Of a stretch of DNA of 33,695 nt, positions 1 to 9,023 are shown piece by piece. The first letter of the stretch is position 1; each line of letters starts with the position of its first letter. The position numbers and the translations under genes were made by a program. The notes below the pieces were generated by a model that saw nothing but the letters and a program-made list of their open reading frames with translations, searched no databases and was not told where the DNA came from. The stretch spans positions 1-33,695 of the forward strand of contig JAJZHR010000001.1 in assembly GCA_021810815.1 (NCBI GenBank), in the 5' to 3' direction. Source of the stretch: Acidobacteriota bacterium. Lineage in GTDB: Bacteria > Acidobacteriota > Terriglobia > Terriglobales > Acidobacteriaceae.

Positions 1-2
1 AT

Positions 3-161
3 CTAACAAGCGAATTTGAATGTGCAAGGAAATCAACACGGCGAAAAAAATCGCCGGGTGTTGTGGCGCGCAGGGCGGCTCGGGAATCTGAGAGCGGCAA
101 TCGCATCAATGCCCTGCTGGCATTGGCTGAAAATATCTCGCGCGGGCGAGCGAGGCTGTAG
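3..161 (+). CDS. 3' end of the XRE-family HTH gene (wrap-around continuation of 33337..33695)
   Basis: The frame of the 33337 gene maps through the repeat into frame 3 here and stays open to TAG at 159..161. The joined product would be 129 aa. Confidence 0.6.
   Translation, partial: LTSEFECARKSTRRKKSPGVVARRAARESESGNRINALLALAENISRGRARL
5..130 (+). repeat. Terminal direct repeat, left copy (126 bp, identical to 33570..33695)
   Basis: Base-by-base comparison of the window ends shows identity from aacaagcgaatttgaatgtgcaagg to ctggcattggctga. Positions 1-4 (atct) do not match 33566-33569 (gaga). Confidence 0.95.
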
Positions 162-440
162 CGTGTGCGGACTTAGATGCGCCGGAAAATCCACAAGCGG
201 CCTGGATGTCGCATTTTGACGGCTGAGGTTTTGTGATAGTGTCAAAACCGTTGCCGCCGCGTCGGGCAACCGTTCCAAGCAAGACTTGGTTGGCTCTACG
301 TCAGTGGGCAGTCGCAAACGTAGGCACCGTCGTGTCTTCGAACATGCAGCCTCAGAGCCCTCGAATCGCGCAAGCGAGTCGCTGATTTGCGTGTGTCTCA
401 GCAAAGGCAACCCCTCTTCTCGCCTCCCGCAAAACACAAC

Positions 441-926
441 ATGGCGAAATCGCATTCGATGCGCCGCTCGAACGCGGCGGCGACGCATTGTCTGTACCCG
501 GCGGAGACTTCGCTGGGATGGCGCGTTGTGCGCAGGATCACCGAGGCCGAAGCGATGCGGATGCATGCGCTGGGAACGGTGCGCCGCGTGGAGCATGAAG
601 ATGGAACGTCGGCCGGGTACCAGATGGTGGAGGCGGCTGTCCGCGAGGATGATCTACCGTCGCGCGAACCAGACTGCGGCATCACGGCGAGGGAATCGCA
701 GATGAACGCGGGGTTGCGCGGGAGATCGCGGACGAAGGGGCTGAGCGAAGACGAGCGGATGGCGCGACGCAGCTCAAAAGGCCGCGTGATGGAGCCGGAG
801 GACGCGATCGAGCGGGCGATGGAAAAGGTGAGGCTGTGGGCGAGCCCGGCAAGCCGCATCGACGATGGACGCGGAAAGCCGGTGTATGGCGACAGAGCTG
901 TGCGGTGCTATCCCAAGCCGTGCTGA
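441..926 (+). CDS. Hypothetical protein, first gene of the late/lysis block (possible late regulator, unproven)
   Basis: ATG at 441 lies inside ORF 387..926 and gives 161 aa with coding-like composition. No motif was recognised. It sits between the regulatory gene and the lysis and packaging genes. Confidence 0.5.
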   Translation: MAKSHSMRRSNAAATHCLYPAETSLGWRVVRRITEAEAMRMHALGTVRRVEHEDGTSAGYQMVEAAVREDDLPSREPDCGITARESQMNAGLRGRSRTKGLSEDERMARRSSKGRVMEPEDAIERAMEKVRLWASPASRIDDGRGKPVYGDRAVRCYPKPC

Positions 927-941
927 GCGGAGGATGCTGCG

Positions 942-1157
942 GTGAACCCTTTCGTGGAGCTTGCTCTCACAGCGGTGACGCAATTGATCGTGGCGGCATT
1001 TGTCTACGGGCAACTGACGCAAAGGCAGAAGGACCAGGCCGGCTGGCTGAAGGCGCATGACGAAAAGCTCGCGATGCACAGCGATCGCTTGGTGAACCAC
1101 GAAGGGCGCATTGCGCACATCGAGGGGCGCAAGGGCGTTCCGTTTGGCGGCGGATAG
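942..1157 (+). CDS. Small membrane protein, putative holin or lysis accessory protein
   Basis: GTG start follows GGAGGA. The 71-aa product has one N-terminal TM helix (LALTAVTQLIVAAFVYG) and a charged helical tail. It lies immediately upstream of the endolysin. Confidence 0.5.
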   Translation: MNPFVELALTAVTQLIVAAFVYGQLTQRQKDQAGWLKAHDEKLAMHSDRLVNHEGRIAHIEGRKGVPFGGG

Positions 1158-1186
1158 CCGTAATCAGAGCACTGAGGGGCGAGGCG

Positions 1187-1579
1187 ATGAATGTTGACCT
1201 GGTGATGATGGCGTTGACGGCGTGGCGCGAGGCACGAGGCGAAGGTCCGCAGGGAATGCTGGCTGTGGCTTGGGTGATTGCGAACCGCGTGAAGGCGGGC
1301 ATCGAAGGGACGTGCGCGCTGGATGTGGTGACGGCGAAGTGGCAGTTCTCTTCGCTGACCGCGCCGGGCGATGCGATGTTGATCCAGTGGCCGCATTCGA
1401 GCGATCCGGCTTGGATCGAGGCTTGCTCGGCGGCGACGACAGCTATGAGCGGCTCATCGGCCGATCCGACAGGCGGAGCGACGGACTATGCGAATCTCGC
1501 GGTGTGCGATCCGGCGTGGGCGAAGGTCTACAAGCGTAGCGCGGTGATCGGGCACCACACGTTCTTCACGAGGATCTAG
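1187..1579 (+). CDS. Endolysin, SleB-type cell wall hydrolase (Hydrolase_2 family)
   Basis: Motifs ALTAWREARGEG, VAWVIANRV and KWQFSS are typical of SleB-like cell wall hydrolases. The product is 130 aa. Confidence 0.8.
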   Translation: MNVDLVMMALTAWREARGEGPQGMLAVAWVIANRVKAGIEGTCALDVVTAKWQFSSLTAPGDAMLIQWPHSSDPAWIEACSAATTAMSGSSADPTGGATDYANLAVCDPAWAKVYKRSAVIGHHTFFTRI

Positions 1580-1689
1580 AGCAACAAGTGGCATCTGTGT
1601 GCGAGCTGCACTACGGTGTCCATCGACAATCACGGCGGGTCGCAGCCACAACCGACGCGCAGAGGCGCGGGGCACGAGGAGAAACATAT

Positions 1690-2148
1690 ATGAACAAGTT
1701 CTTTCAAAAGATTGCCAGCGGGTTCGTGTGGGTGGGCAAGGAGTTGGCTGCGGCGGGGACGTGGGTGCCAAAGGTGATCCGCATTGTGAATGATGCGGAG
1801 AAGGATGCCCAGTCGCTGCTTCCGCAAGCGGTGACGGTGTTCGAGGATGTGGATGCTGTGGCGCTGTCGGCGATCAAAGACGGTGGGAGCGCGCTGCTGT
1901 CGGCGGACAACCTGGTGACGGCGATTGTTGCGGCGTCGAAGGTGGACGGCCTGAACATCGCGGCTGACGAGGCCGTCGGCGTTGCCCTGAAGAGCTTTAT
2001 CCAGGAGGTGACGAGCAAGAACACCTGGACGACGCTGATGTGGTCCATGAAGAAGCTGGTGTCCGACTGGGACGAGTTCGGAGCGAGCGCGAAGGCGGCG
2101 ATCGCGAAGCTGGAAGCGGACGCGGCATCGCCAGTGGGAACTGTCTAA
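1690..2148 (+). CDS. Hypothetical protein (lysis region)
   Basis: ATG at 1690 follows AGGAGA, inside ORF 1588..2148, and gives 152 aa. The N-terminus is amphipathic and hydrophobic (FFQKIASGFVWVG). No family was recognised. Confidence 0.5.
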   Translation: MNKFFQKIASGFVWVGKELAAAGTWVPKVIRIVNDAEKDAQSLLPQAVTVFEDVDAVALSAIKDGGSALLSADNLVTAIVAASKVDGLNIAADEAVGVALKSFIQEVTSKNTWTTLMWSMKKLVSDWDEFGASAKAAIAKLEADAASPVGTV

Positions 2149-2153
2149 GAGGG

Positions 2154-2537
2154 ATGGCGAAACGTCCATGCGCGCGGCCTGGCTGCGGGGAGCTGGTGGT
2201 GCGTGGCTGTTGCGCAGCGCACTCCTCGCAGAGTCCAAAGGCTGTCTCAGAGAGAACGAGAGAGAGCGCGAGCCGTCGCGGCTACGGCCGAAGATGGCAG
2301 GCTGCGAGCGCGGGCTATATTCGGCGGCATCCGGTGTGCGCTGATCCGTATGGCAAGCATGGCGGATTGCCGCACCCGACAACACTTACTGACCATGTCG
2401 TCCCGCACGAGGGAGATATGAGGCTGTTCTGGGATCCGAGCAATTGGCAGCCGTTGTGTGCTGGTTGCCACAGCACGAAGACGGCCAAGGAAGACGGCGG
2501 CTTTGGCAGGCCGAAAACCGGGGCAGGGGCGGTGTAA
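2154..2537 (+). CDS. Phage HNH endonuclease (terminase-associated)
   Basis: HNH core reads DHVVPHEGDMRLFWDPSNWQPLCAGCHSTKT, with an N-terminal Cys cluster CARPGCGELVVRGCC. It lies directly upstream of terS and terL. Confidence 0.85.
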   Translation: MAKRPCARPGCGELVVRGCCAAHSSQSPKAVSERTRESASRRGYGRRWQAASAGYIRRHPVCADPYGKHGGLPHPTTLTDHVVPHEGDMRLFWDPSNWQPLCAGCHSTKTAKEDGGFGRPKTGAGAV

Positions 2538-2724
2538 ATCCTCACAAGCCTCGCGGCGTAGACCGTGTGGTTAGCCCCTTTTTTTCGTCCACAAAATGGA
2601 TGTTTTGGGATTCACGCATCGGATTGCATTTGGCCACGAGGCGCAGAGGCATATGCTTTGCTGGCGTTCGGAGCCACTTTACAGCCATTTACACCTGTGA
2701 AAACCGAAGAAAAGATGCCCAATT
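2538..2724 (+). promoter_or_regulatory. Candidate cos/packaging-site region (noncoding gap between HNH and terS)
   Basis: This 187-bp gap is AT-richer than its surroundings and has a T7 run at 2579..2585. The call rests only on the known HNH-TerS-TerL-portal arrangement of cos phages. The cut site cannot be seen in the sequence. Confidence 0.3.
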
Positions 2725-3171
2725 ATGGCTGGCCGCCCACGAAAACCGACCGCTCTGCTTGAAATGAGCGGTGCATTCGCTAAGAATCCCGCGCGGGCCG
2801 TGGCGCGGGCCAATGAGCCTCGTCCATCCACCGTTCTCGGCGATCCACCAGCCGCTTTCCTGAATCCGCATTCGCCCACCTCGCTTGAGCTGCTCGGCAT
2901 CTGGCGCGAACTCGAATCGCAGGCGATCGAGGGCGTGCTCACCGGCTGTGACCGCTTTCTGCTCGAGGCGGCCTGCCGCATCATGTATCGCGTGCGCCGG
3001 CAGGGCGCATCGACAGGAGATTTCGCAAACCTCCGCGCCTATCTCGGCGAGATGGGCCTGTCTCCAGGTGGAAGGACTCGCATCGATGTCAAAGCACCCA
3101 AGCCCGCGCAGGAAGAAGGCACCAGCACCATCGCCCGTCTCGCTCAAGAAAGGTTCGCCGCCGTCAACTAG
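2725..3171 (+). CDS. terS: Terminase small subunit, P27 family
   Basis: N-terminal MAGRPRKPTALLEMSGAF, the LELLGIWRELESQ and TGCDRFLLEAAC pattern and a 148-aa size fit P27-type TerS. It sits upstream of TerL. Confidence 0.8.
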   Translation: MAGRPRKPTALLEMSGAFAKNPARAVARANEPRPSTVLGDPPAAFLNPHSPTSLELLGIWRELESQAIEGVLTGCDRFLLEAACRIMYRVRRQGASTGDFANLRAYLGEMGLSPGGRTRIDVKAPKPAQEEGTSTIARLAQERFAAVN

Positions 3172-4867
3172 CCACTCGGCCGTCGCCCATCAGTACGCTC
3201 GCCACATCGCGTCAGGTGCCATCCCCGCCTGCCTTGAGGTCCGCCAGGCGTGCCAGCGGCATCTCGATGGCCTCGCTGCTGAGCGCAAAAAGGACTACGC
3301 TTACCGCTTCGATGAGGTCAAGGCCAACTTCGTCTGCCGCTTCATCGAGGCGATGCCCCACGTCAAGGGCGAATGGGCTCGCCCGCGTCCTGGCCACAGC
3401 ACGTTGATCGTGCTCGCGCCCTGGCAGGTTTGGATGACCTGCTGCATCTTCGGCTGGGTGTCGAAGGCCAGCGGACTACGCCAGTTCACGGAGGTCTACG
3501 CGGAGATCCCGCGCAAGAACGCCAAGTCCACATGGGCCGCTGGCGTCGGCCACAACATGCTCGCAGCCGACGGGGAATACGGCGCTGAGGTCTACTGCGG
3601 CGCAACTACTGAGCGCCAGGCGATGGAGGTTTTCCGCACCGCGTTGCAGATGGCGCGGCGCAACACAGAGTATGAGCGCCACTTCGGAGTTGAGCACGCG
3701 GTCAAGAGCATCTACCGGGAGGCGGATGGAAGCAGGTTCGTTCCCGTGGTTGGCAATCCTGGCGATGGAGCATCGCCGTCGTGCGCCATCCTGGACGAGC
3801 TGCACGAGCACGCGACGCCGATCCTGCTGGACACCATGCGCACCGGAATGGGCGCTCGCAGCCAGCCGCTCCTCATCGCGATCACCACGGCCGGCAGCAA
3901 CCTCGCCGGTCCCTGCTATGCGATGCGCAAGGACTTACAGAAGGTGCTTGGGGGCCAGATCCAGAATGAGTCGCTCTTCGGCGTCATCTACACCATCGAT
4001 AAGGAGGACGATTGGACCAGCGAACTCGCCCTGCGCAAAGCGAACCCAAACTACGGCGTATCCGTCAAGGCTGAATTCCTTCGGCGCGAGCAGGCAAAGG
4101 CGGTGCAGTCGAGCCACCTCCAGAACACCTTCAAAACCAAGCACCTCAACATCTGGGCTGGAGCCGCCGCCGGATGGATGAACATGCAATCCTGGAACGC
4201 CTGCGCCGACCTCACGCTCCGCCTTAGCGAGTTCGTCGGCCAGCCGTGCTATGAGGGAGTGGACCTCGCCTCGCGCATCGACCTCGCCTCGCGCATGAAG
4301 GTCTACAAGCGCGTGATAGATGGCAAGGTGCATTACTACCTGTTCGGTCGACACTATGTTCCGCAGGACGCTGCCAACGACAGCGCCAAGGCCCACTACG
4401 CCATGTGGGTGCAGCAGAAGTGGCTCGTGCCGCACCCTGGTCCGGAGATTCAACTCGCCTTCATCCAAGCGGAGATCGAAGCGGAGCTGCCCCGCTTCAA
4501 CCACCAGTGCATTGCGTTCGACCAGTACAGCGCGCAGCAGATGCAGCAGGAGATCGAGAAGAAAGTCCGCCCGGATGTCGTCATCACCCTGCCGCAGACG
4601 GTGGCGATGCTCTCGGAGCCGATGAAGGAAGTCGAAGCGGCCGTGCTCGGAGGACGGCTGCACCATGATGGCGATCCAGTCCTCGCCTGGGCCGTCTCGA
4701 ATGTCGTCGTCAGGCCGGACAACAATGACAACATTTTCCCGCGCAAGGAACATCCTGACAACAAGATCGATCCCGTCTCGGCGCTTCTGAACGCCATGAA
4801 CCGCGCCTACAACGCCAACGCCGCGCAAGCATCCATCTACGCCACGCGCGGACTGAGAGAGCTATGA
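3086..4867 (+). CDS. terL: Terminase large subunit (Terminase_1 / HK97-like)
   Basis: Walker A-like PRKNAKST, Walker B CAILDELHEH and nuclease-region GVDLASRIDLAS are present. 3086 is the last in-frame ATG/GTG/TTG before the conserved region, so the gene overlaps terS by 86 nt. Confidence 0.85.
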   Translation: MSKHPSPRRKKAPAPSPVSLKKGSPPSTSHSAVAHQYARHIASGAIPACLEVRQACQRHLDGLAAERKKDYAYRFDEVKANFVCRFIEAMPHVKGEWARPRPGHSTLIVLAPWQVWMTCCIFGWVSKASGLRQFTEVYAEIPRKNAKSTWAAGVGHNMLAADGEYGAEVYCGATTERQAMEVFRTALQMARRNTEYERHFGVEHAVKSIYREADGSRFVPVVGNPGDGASPSCAILDELHEHATPILLDTMRTGMGARSQPLLIAITTAGSNLAGPCYAMRKDLQKVLGGQIQNESLFGVIYTIDKEDDWTSELALRKANPNYGVSVKAEFLRREQAKAVQSSHLQNTFKTKHLNIWAGAAAGWMNMQSWNACADLTLRLSEFVGQPCYEGVDLASRIDLASRMKVYKRVIDGKVHYYLFGRHYVPQDAANDSAKAHYAMWVQQKWLVPHPGPEIQLAFIQAEIEAELPRFNHQCIAFDQYSAQQMQQEIEKKVRPDVVITLPQTVAMLSEPMKEVEAAVLGGRLHHDGDPVLAWAVSNVVVRPDNNDNIFPRKEHPDNKIDPVSALLNAMNRAYNANAAQASIYATRGLREL

Positions 4868-5046
4868 AGATCGATTTGCAGGACGGGCTTCTTCTCGCCG
4901 GCGTGGCCCTCGTCATCAGCGGCATCGCGCATTGGAGCATCGCCGCCGCTGCCATCGTCCTGGGCGGCATGTGCCTGCTCAGCAGCCTCGCCATCGCCCA
5001 CGTCAAGCAGTCGGGAAAGGACAAAGATGGGTCAGCTCTCAAATAG
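4864..5046 (+). CDS. Small two-TM membrane protein, hypothetical
   Basis: ATGA overlap with the terL stop. The 60-aa product has two hydrophobic segments (LLLAGVALVISGIAHW and AAAIVLGGMCLLSSLAIA). Confidence 0.45.
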   Translation: MKIDLQDGLLLAGVALVISGIAHWSIAAAAIVLGGMCLLSSLAIAHVKQSGKDKDGSALK

Positions 5047-6616
5047 GCTTGGCATCCGCGCGCTCTCGCTTGAGGATCCCTCGCAGCCACTCGTGCCGTA
5101 CTCCGCGCTCATGGAGTCGCTCGGCATCGGCAGGTCCGACGCGGGCGTCTTCGTCAATGAGAAGCAGGCCATGCGGCTCACCACCGCCTTCGCCTGCATC
5201 ATGGTCATATCATCGGACCTCTCGTCGCTGCCGCTCAGCATCTACCAGCAGCTCCCGGACAGCTCCGTGCGCGAGGCGTTCCACCACAAGTATTATGAGC
5301 TGCTGCACGACACGCCGAACAGCATGATGGGTTCCACCGTCTGGCGCGGGGCGTGGCTCGCCCAGGCGCTCGGCTGGGGCAACGGATACACCTACATCCT
5401 GCGCGACAAAGGGGCGCGGGCCATCTCGCTCCAGCTCCTGCCGTCGGATCGCACATCGCCGGTGCTGCGCGAGGGGCAGCTCTACTACGCGACGACGGCG
5501 ACGCACGATGGCTCCGTCAGCTACATCGATCCGGCGAACGTCCTGCACCTCAGCGGCCTCTCCACCGACGGCATCGTCGGCCTCTCGCCCATCCAGACCT
5601 GCAAGAACGCCTTCGGCCTGGCGATCGCCGCGGAGAAGTTCGGGGCGCAGTTCTTTGGGAACGGCGCGCGCTCCACCGGCGTCCTCACGCACCCTGGCCA
5701 TCTCGGCACGGAGGCGTATGAGAACCTCAAAAAATCCCTGAACGAGAGGATGACCGGCCAGAACGCCCTCAAGCCGCTGCTGCTCGAAGAGGGGTTGCAG
5801 TGGAATCAGACCAGCATCGCTCCCAACGATGCCCAGTTCCTCCAGACGCGCCAGTTCCAGCGGTCGGAGATCGCTGCCCTCTACCGCGTGGCCATGCACC
5901 TGCTGCAGGATCTCGCGCGCGCCACCAACAACAACATTGAGCACCAGTCGCTCGATCACATCCGCTATTGCCTCCGCCCCTGGGCCGTGAAGATGGAGCA
6001 GGAGATCAACCGCAAGCTGCTCGGTGGCCGCTTCTACTGCGAGCACAATTTCAACGACTTCCAGCGCGGCGACTTTGCATCGCAGACGCAAGGCTACACG
6101 TTGCTGCGAAATGCCGGCGTCTACAGCGCGAACGACATCCTCCGCGCCCTGCGGCAGAACCCGATCCCAGGCGAGGACGGCGGCGACGTGCGCCTCGCCC
6201 CGCTCAACATGGTGCCGCTCAGCTCCCTGGTGCGCGATCCGGCGGACCAGAACGCGCCAGCCACCGATGCCAACGATGGCGAAACCATCACGGACCTGCG
6301 GCGCGAGCGCATCCTGGGCGCGTACAGGCGTTTGGTGCGCGACGCTGTGGGCCGCATCCGCAACCGCAAGGAATGCGACGAAGAAACGGCCTACAAAGCC
6401 TTCCAGCCCATCATGGCATCGATGGCCGAGGCTCTGCTGGCCATGCACTGCGCCACCGGCAAGATTTCCGAGCACGAGCAGGCCGCTGCCTCCCACGCCC
6501 GCAAAATAGCCGCCAGCCGTAAGAAATGGCCTGCAAGCTCGACCGACGCAGCCAGCGAACTCACCTCAGCGGCCTATGACGCCCTCGCCGAAGTCCTCCT
6601 AGGAGAAAAACGATGA
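5027..6616 (+). CDS. Portal protein, HK97 family
   Basis: 529 aa with motifs FACIMVISSDLSSLPL, GWGNGYTYI, LSGLSTDGIVGLSPI and QFLQTRQFQRSEIAALYRV. It sits after the terminase. Confidence 0.85.
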   Translation: MGQLSNRLGIRALSLEDPSQPLVPYSALMESLGIGRSDAGVFVNEKQAMRLTTAFACIMVISSDLSSLPLSIYQQLPDSSVREAFHHKYYELLHDTPNSMMGSTVWRGAWLAQALGWGNGYTYILRDKGARAISLQLLPSDRTSPVLREGQLYYATTATHDGSVSYIDPANVLHLSGLSTDGIVGLSPIQTCKNAFGLAIAAEKFGAQFFGNGARSTGVLTHPGHLGTEAYENLKKSLNERMTGQNALKPLLLEEGLQWNQTSIAPNDAQFLQTRQFQRSEIAALYRVAMHLLQDLARATNNNIEHQSLDHIRYCLRPWAVKMEQEINRKLLGGRFYCEHNFNDFQRGDFASQTQGYTLLRNAGVYSANDILRALRQNPIPGEDGGDVRLAPLNMVPLSSLVRDPADQNAPATDANDGETITDLRRERILGAYRRLVRDAVGRIRNRKECDEETAYKAFQPIMASMAEALLAMHCATGKISEHEQAAASHARKIAASRKKWPASSTDAASELTSAAYDALAEVLLGEKR

Positions 6617-7524
6617 AGAAGGCCAAGCATCTCTCTCTCGCCGTCAAGCAGCGCGCATCCAGCCCGCGCGCGTCCATGCAGCGCAGCTTCCGCGCCTCCC
6701 TGCAGCCCAACGGCGTCCTCGAAATCCTCGTGTACGAGGAAATCGGAGAGGACTTCTGGACCGGCGGCGGCGTCACCGCGCTCGGTATCAAGCAGAAGGT
6801 CGATGATGCTGGCGTGTTCAACAGTGTCGCTGTCCGCGTCAACTCGCCCGGCGGAGACGCATTCGAGGGAGTGGCGATTTACAACGTGCTGCGCTCGTTG
6901 GGCAAGCCGATCAGTGTCTTTGTGGACGGAATCGCGGCCTCTGCGGCCAGCATCATCGCCATGGCGGGCGACACCATCACGGTCGGCCACAACGCCATGA
7001 TGATGATCCACAACGCATGGACGTTCTGCGCCGGGGATGCTGCCGCCATGCGCCAATGCGCGGATGTGCTCGACACGATTTCGCAGTCCATCGGCCAGAC
7101 CTACGTCTCGAGAACCGGCAAGACGTGGTCCGAAGTCAAAGCCATTATGGACGCCGAAACCTGGATGGGCGCTGAGGAATGCCTTGCCCAGGGCTTTGCC
7201 ACAGCCATTGCCGATCCCAGCCAGCAGGACGATGCGGCCCTGTCCCTCGCAGCCAGCTTCCGTTCACTGGCCAAGCTCAAGCGCGTTCCGGAGCGGCTGA
7301 AGCTCGCGAGCAAGGCAAATGCAGCAAAATCCGATGCGGATGGCGACGATCTCTGCGACTGCCCCTGCGATCCCTGCGTCAACGGCAACTGCGGCGACTG
7401 CAACTGCGATGGCTGTGGTTCGGATTGGTGCTCCAGCGACGATTGCGACTGCGGCGAAGCCGACGTGGACGCCTCGAATCTCAGTCAGTATGAGGCGCGG
7501 CTGAAGCTCCTGAAGGCGCCCTGA
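6613..7524 (+). CDS. Prohead (head maturation) protease, ClpP-like S14, with an unusual Cys/Asp-rich C-terminal insert
   Basis: VRVNSPGGDAFEG and GIAASAASIIAMAGD carry the catalytic Ser context, and MMMIHNA the His. ATGA overlap with the portal stop. The C-terminus carries 11 Cys in 33 residues. Confidence 0.85.
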   Translation: MKKAKHLSLAVKQRASSPRASMQRSFRASLQPNGVLEILVYEEIGEDFWTGGGVTALGIKQKVDDAGVFNSVAVRVNSPGGDAFEGVAIYNVLRSLGKPISVFVDGIAASAASIIAMAGDTITVGHNAMMMIHNAWTFCAGDAAAMRQCADVLDTISQSIGQTYVSRTGKTWSEVKAIMDAETWMGAEECLAQGFATAIADPSQQDDAALSLAASFRSLAKLKRVPERLKLASKANAAKSDADGDDLCDCPCDPCVNGNCGDCNCDGCGSDWCSSDDCDCGEADVDASNLSQYEARLKLLKAP

Positions 7525-7669
7525 GCGGCGGCCAGAGCGGCGGCCAGAAAACAAGTTTCAGCTTCCCGGCGGCACAACTGGACGCTGCAAGGCGTCCGAC
7601 CGCAGGGAAGCGAAGCGATGCGACGCGCGCCAGGGCGAGCGTAGGCAAAGCAACGAGCAAAAAGAGGGT

Positions 7670-8950
7670 ATGACGATGATCTACGCGAAAATGCTGCGAG
7701 AGAAGCTGGTGAGTCTGTCTCTGGACATGCGCGCCATTGTGGACAAGGCCAAGGGGGAGAACAACCGTGGTCTCACGTCCGAGGAAGCCGAGAAGTTCGA
7801 CAGATTAGAGGCCGACTATACGGCCACGGAAGCCAGCATCAAGCGGGCAGAGAAGGTGGACACAATCGAGGCCGATCTGGCCGCTCCGGATGCTAAGGAT
7901 CGCATCATCGCGCGCCTCGAAGACGATGGCAATGGCGAGAGCACCAAGGACAAAGCTCTCCACGCCAAGGCGTTCAGCGGATACCTGCGCGGCGGCATCG
8001 AGGCGCTTGACGCCGATCAGCGGCAGTTCATGGCTCGGCGATTCATCAAGAACGCTCAGAGCACCACAACCGGAAGCCAGGGCGGCTACCTCGTGCCCAC
8101 CGGCTTCAGCGACAAGCTCGAAGAGGCCCTGAAGTTCTTCGGCGGCATCGCCGGCGTCGTCGGCAGCTTCACGACGGCGACTGGGAACCCCTTCCCGTGG
8201 CCCACCCTGAACGACACGGCCAACGTCGGTGCCATCGTCGGCCAGAACACTCTGGTTGCAGAAACTGGTGAGACGTTCGGGCAGGTCAACTTCGGTTCCT
8301 ATATCTTCAGCTCGCAGGCTGTGCCGATCCCGCTCGCCCTGATCGAGGACTCCGCGTTCGACATCGATGCCATGCTCACCCGGCTGCTCGGAACCCGCCT
8401 GGCCCGCATCTGGAACACCAAGATGACGGTCGGCGTCGGCACCACAGAGCCGTATGGCATCGTCACGGCTGTTGTCGCATCGGGCAACACCGTGCAGGGA
8501 GCTGTCGGCGAAACCACCTCGATCATCTACAACGACCTGGTCAACCTGGAGCACGCCGTCGATCCGGCGTATCGCAACGGAGCGAAATACATGTTCCACG
8601 ATACGACGCTGAAGGTGCTCAAGCAGCTCAAGGATGCGTCCAACCGGCCTTTGTGGCAGCCCGGCCTCACTGCCGGATTCGCCACCGGAGCGCCCTCCAC
8701 CATCCTCAATCACGAGTTTGTCATCAACAACGACATGCCCGTGATGGCGGCCAGCGCGGCCAGCGTGCTCTTCGGAGACATGTCGAAGTATATGACCCGT
8801 CGCGTGGGCGAGGGAACCAGCGTCCTGCGGCTCACTGAGCGCTACGCCGATTACCTGCAGGTCGGCTACATCGCCTTCCTGCGGTCGGACGGCAACCTGC
8901 TCGACGCGGGCACCCACCCCATTGCTGCGTTCCTCAACTCCGCCACCTAA
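7670..8950 (+). CDS. Major capsid protein, HK97 family (with N-terminal delta/scaffold domain)
   Basis: 426 aa with a coiled-coil N-terminal region followed by GGYLVPTGFSDKL. It lies after the protease. An alternative ATG at 7676 is possible. Confidence 0.85.
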   Translation: MTMIYAKMLREKLVSLSLDMRAIVDKAKGENNRGLTSEEAEKFDRLEADYTATEASIKRAEKVDTIEADLAAPDAKDRIIARLEDDGNGESTKDKALHAKAFSGYLRGGIEALDADQRQFMARRFIKNAQSTTTGSQGGYLVPTGFSDKLEEALKFFGGIAGVVGSFTTATGNPFPWPTLNDTANVGAIVGQNTLVAETGETFGQVNFGSYIFSSQAVPIPLALIEDSAFDIDAMLTRLLGTRLARIWNTKMTVGVGTTEPYGIVTAVVASGNTVQGAVGETTSIIYNDLVNLEHAVDPAYRNGAKYMFHDTTLKVLKQLKDASNRPLWQPGLTAGFATGAPSTILNHEFVINNDMPVMAASAASVLFGDMSKYMTRRVGEGTSVLRLTERYADYLQVGYIAFLRSDGNLLDAGTHPIAAFLNSAT

Positions 8951-8959
8951 CCCTGGTAG

Positions 8960-8992
8960 GCGGCCAGCAGGCGCAACAAGCCCGCTGGCCGC
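8960..8992 (+). terminator. Stem-loop after the capsid gene (9-bp stem gcggccagc/gctggccgc, no U-tract)
   Basis: A perfect inverted repeat lies 10 nt after the capsid stop. The lack of a T-run makes its function as a terminator uncertain. Confidence 0.3.
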
Positions 8993-9023
8993 CGCAGGCT
9001 GAATCCTCTTACTGGAGACGCGC

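Noticed and set aside
5-130. Terminal repeats as attL/attR of an integrated prophage
   Set aside because: The repeat lies inside a phage regulatory gene. The integrase and its tRNA-derived att core sit intact in the middle of the window, which is the excised configuration. The 4-nt mismatch at the left end leaves some doubt.
16-219. 67-aa ORF at the left end (TTG start), and the 187-aa minus ORF 33..596
   Set aside because: They are out of frame with, or antisense to, the continuation of the XRE gene, have a junk-like composition, and lack an SD.
2885-3085. Upstream extensions of long ORFs (terL from 2885, fibre from 16655, J-like from 21965, HNH from 2040, and others)
   Set aside because: The extensions overlap well-supported upstream genes in another frame and translate to Arg/Ser/Ala-rich junk. 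Internal starts with SD sequences or stop-start overlaps were chosen instead.
5210-6496. 428-aa minus-strand ORF (similarly 22376..23788, 470 aa, and 9009..10049, 346 aa)
   Set aside because: They are antisense to the portal, the J-like protein and the connector genes respectively, with the same shadow-ORF composition.
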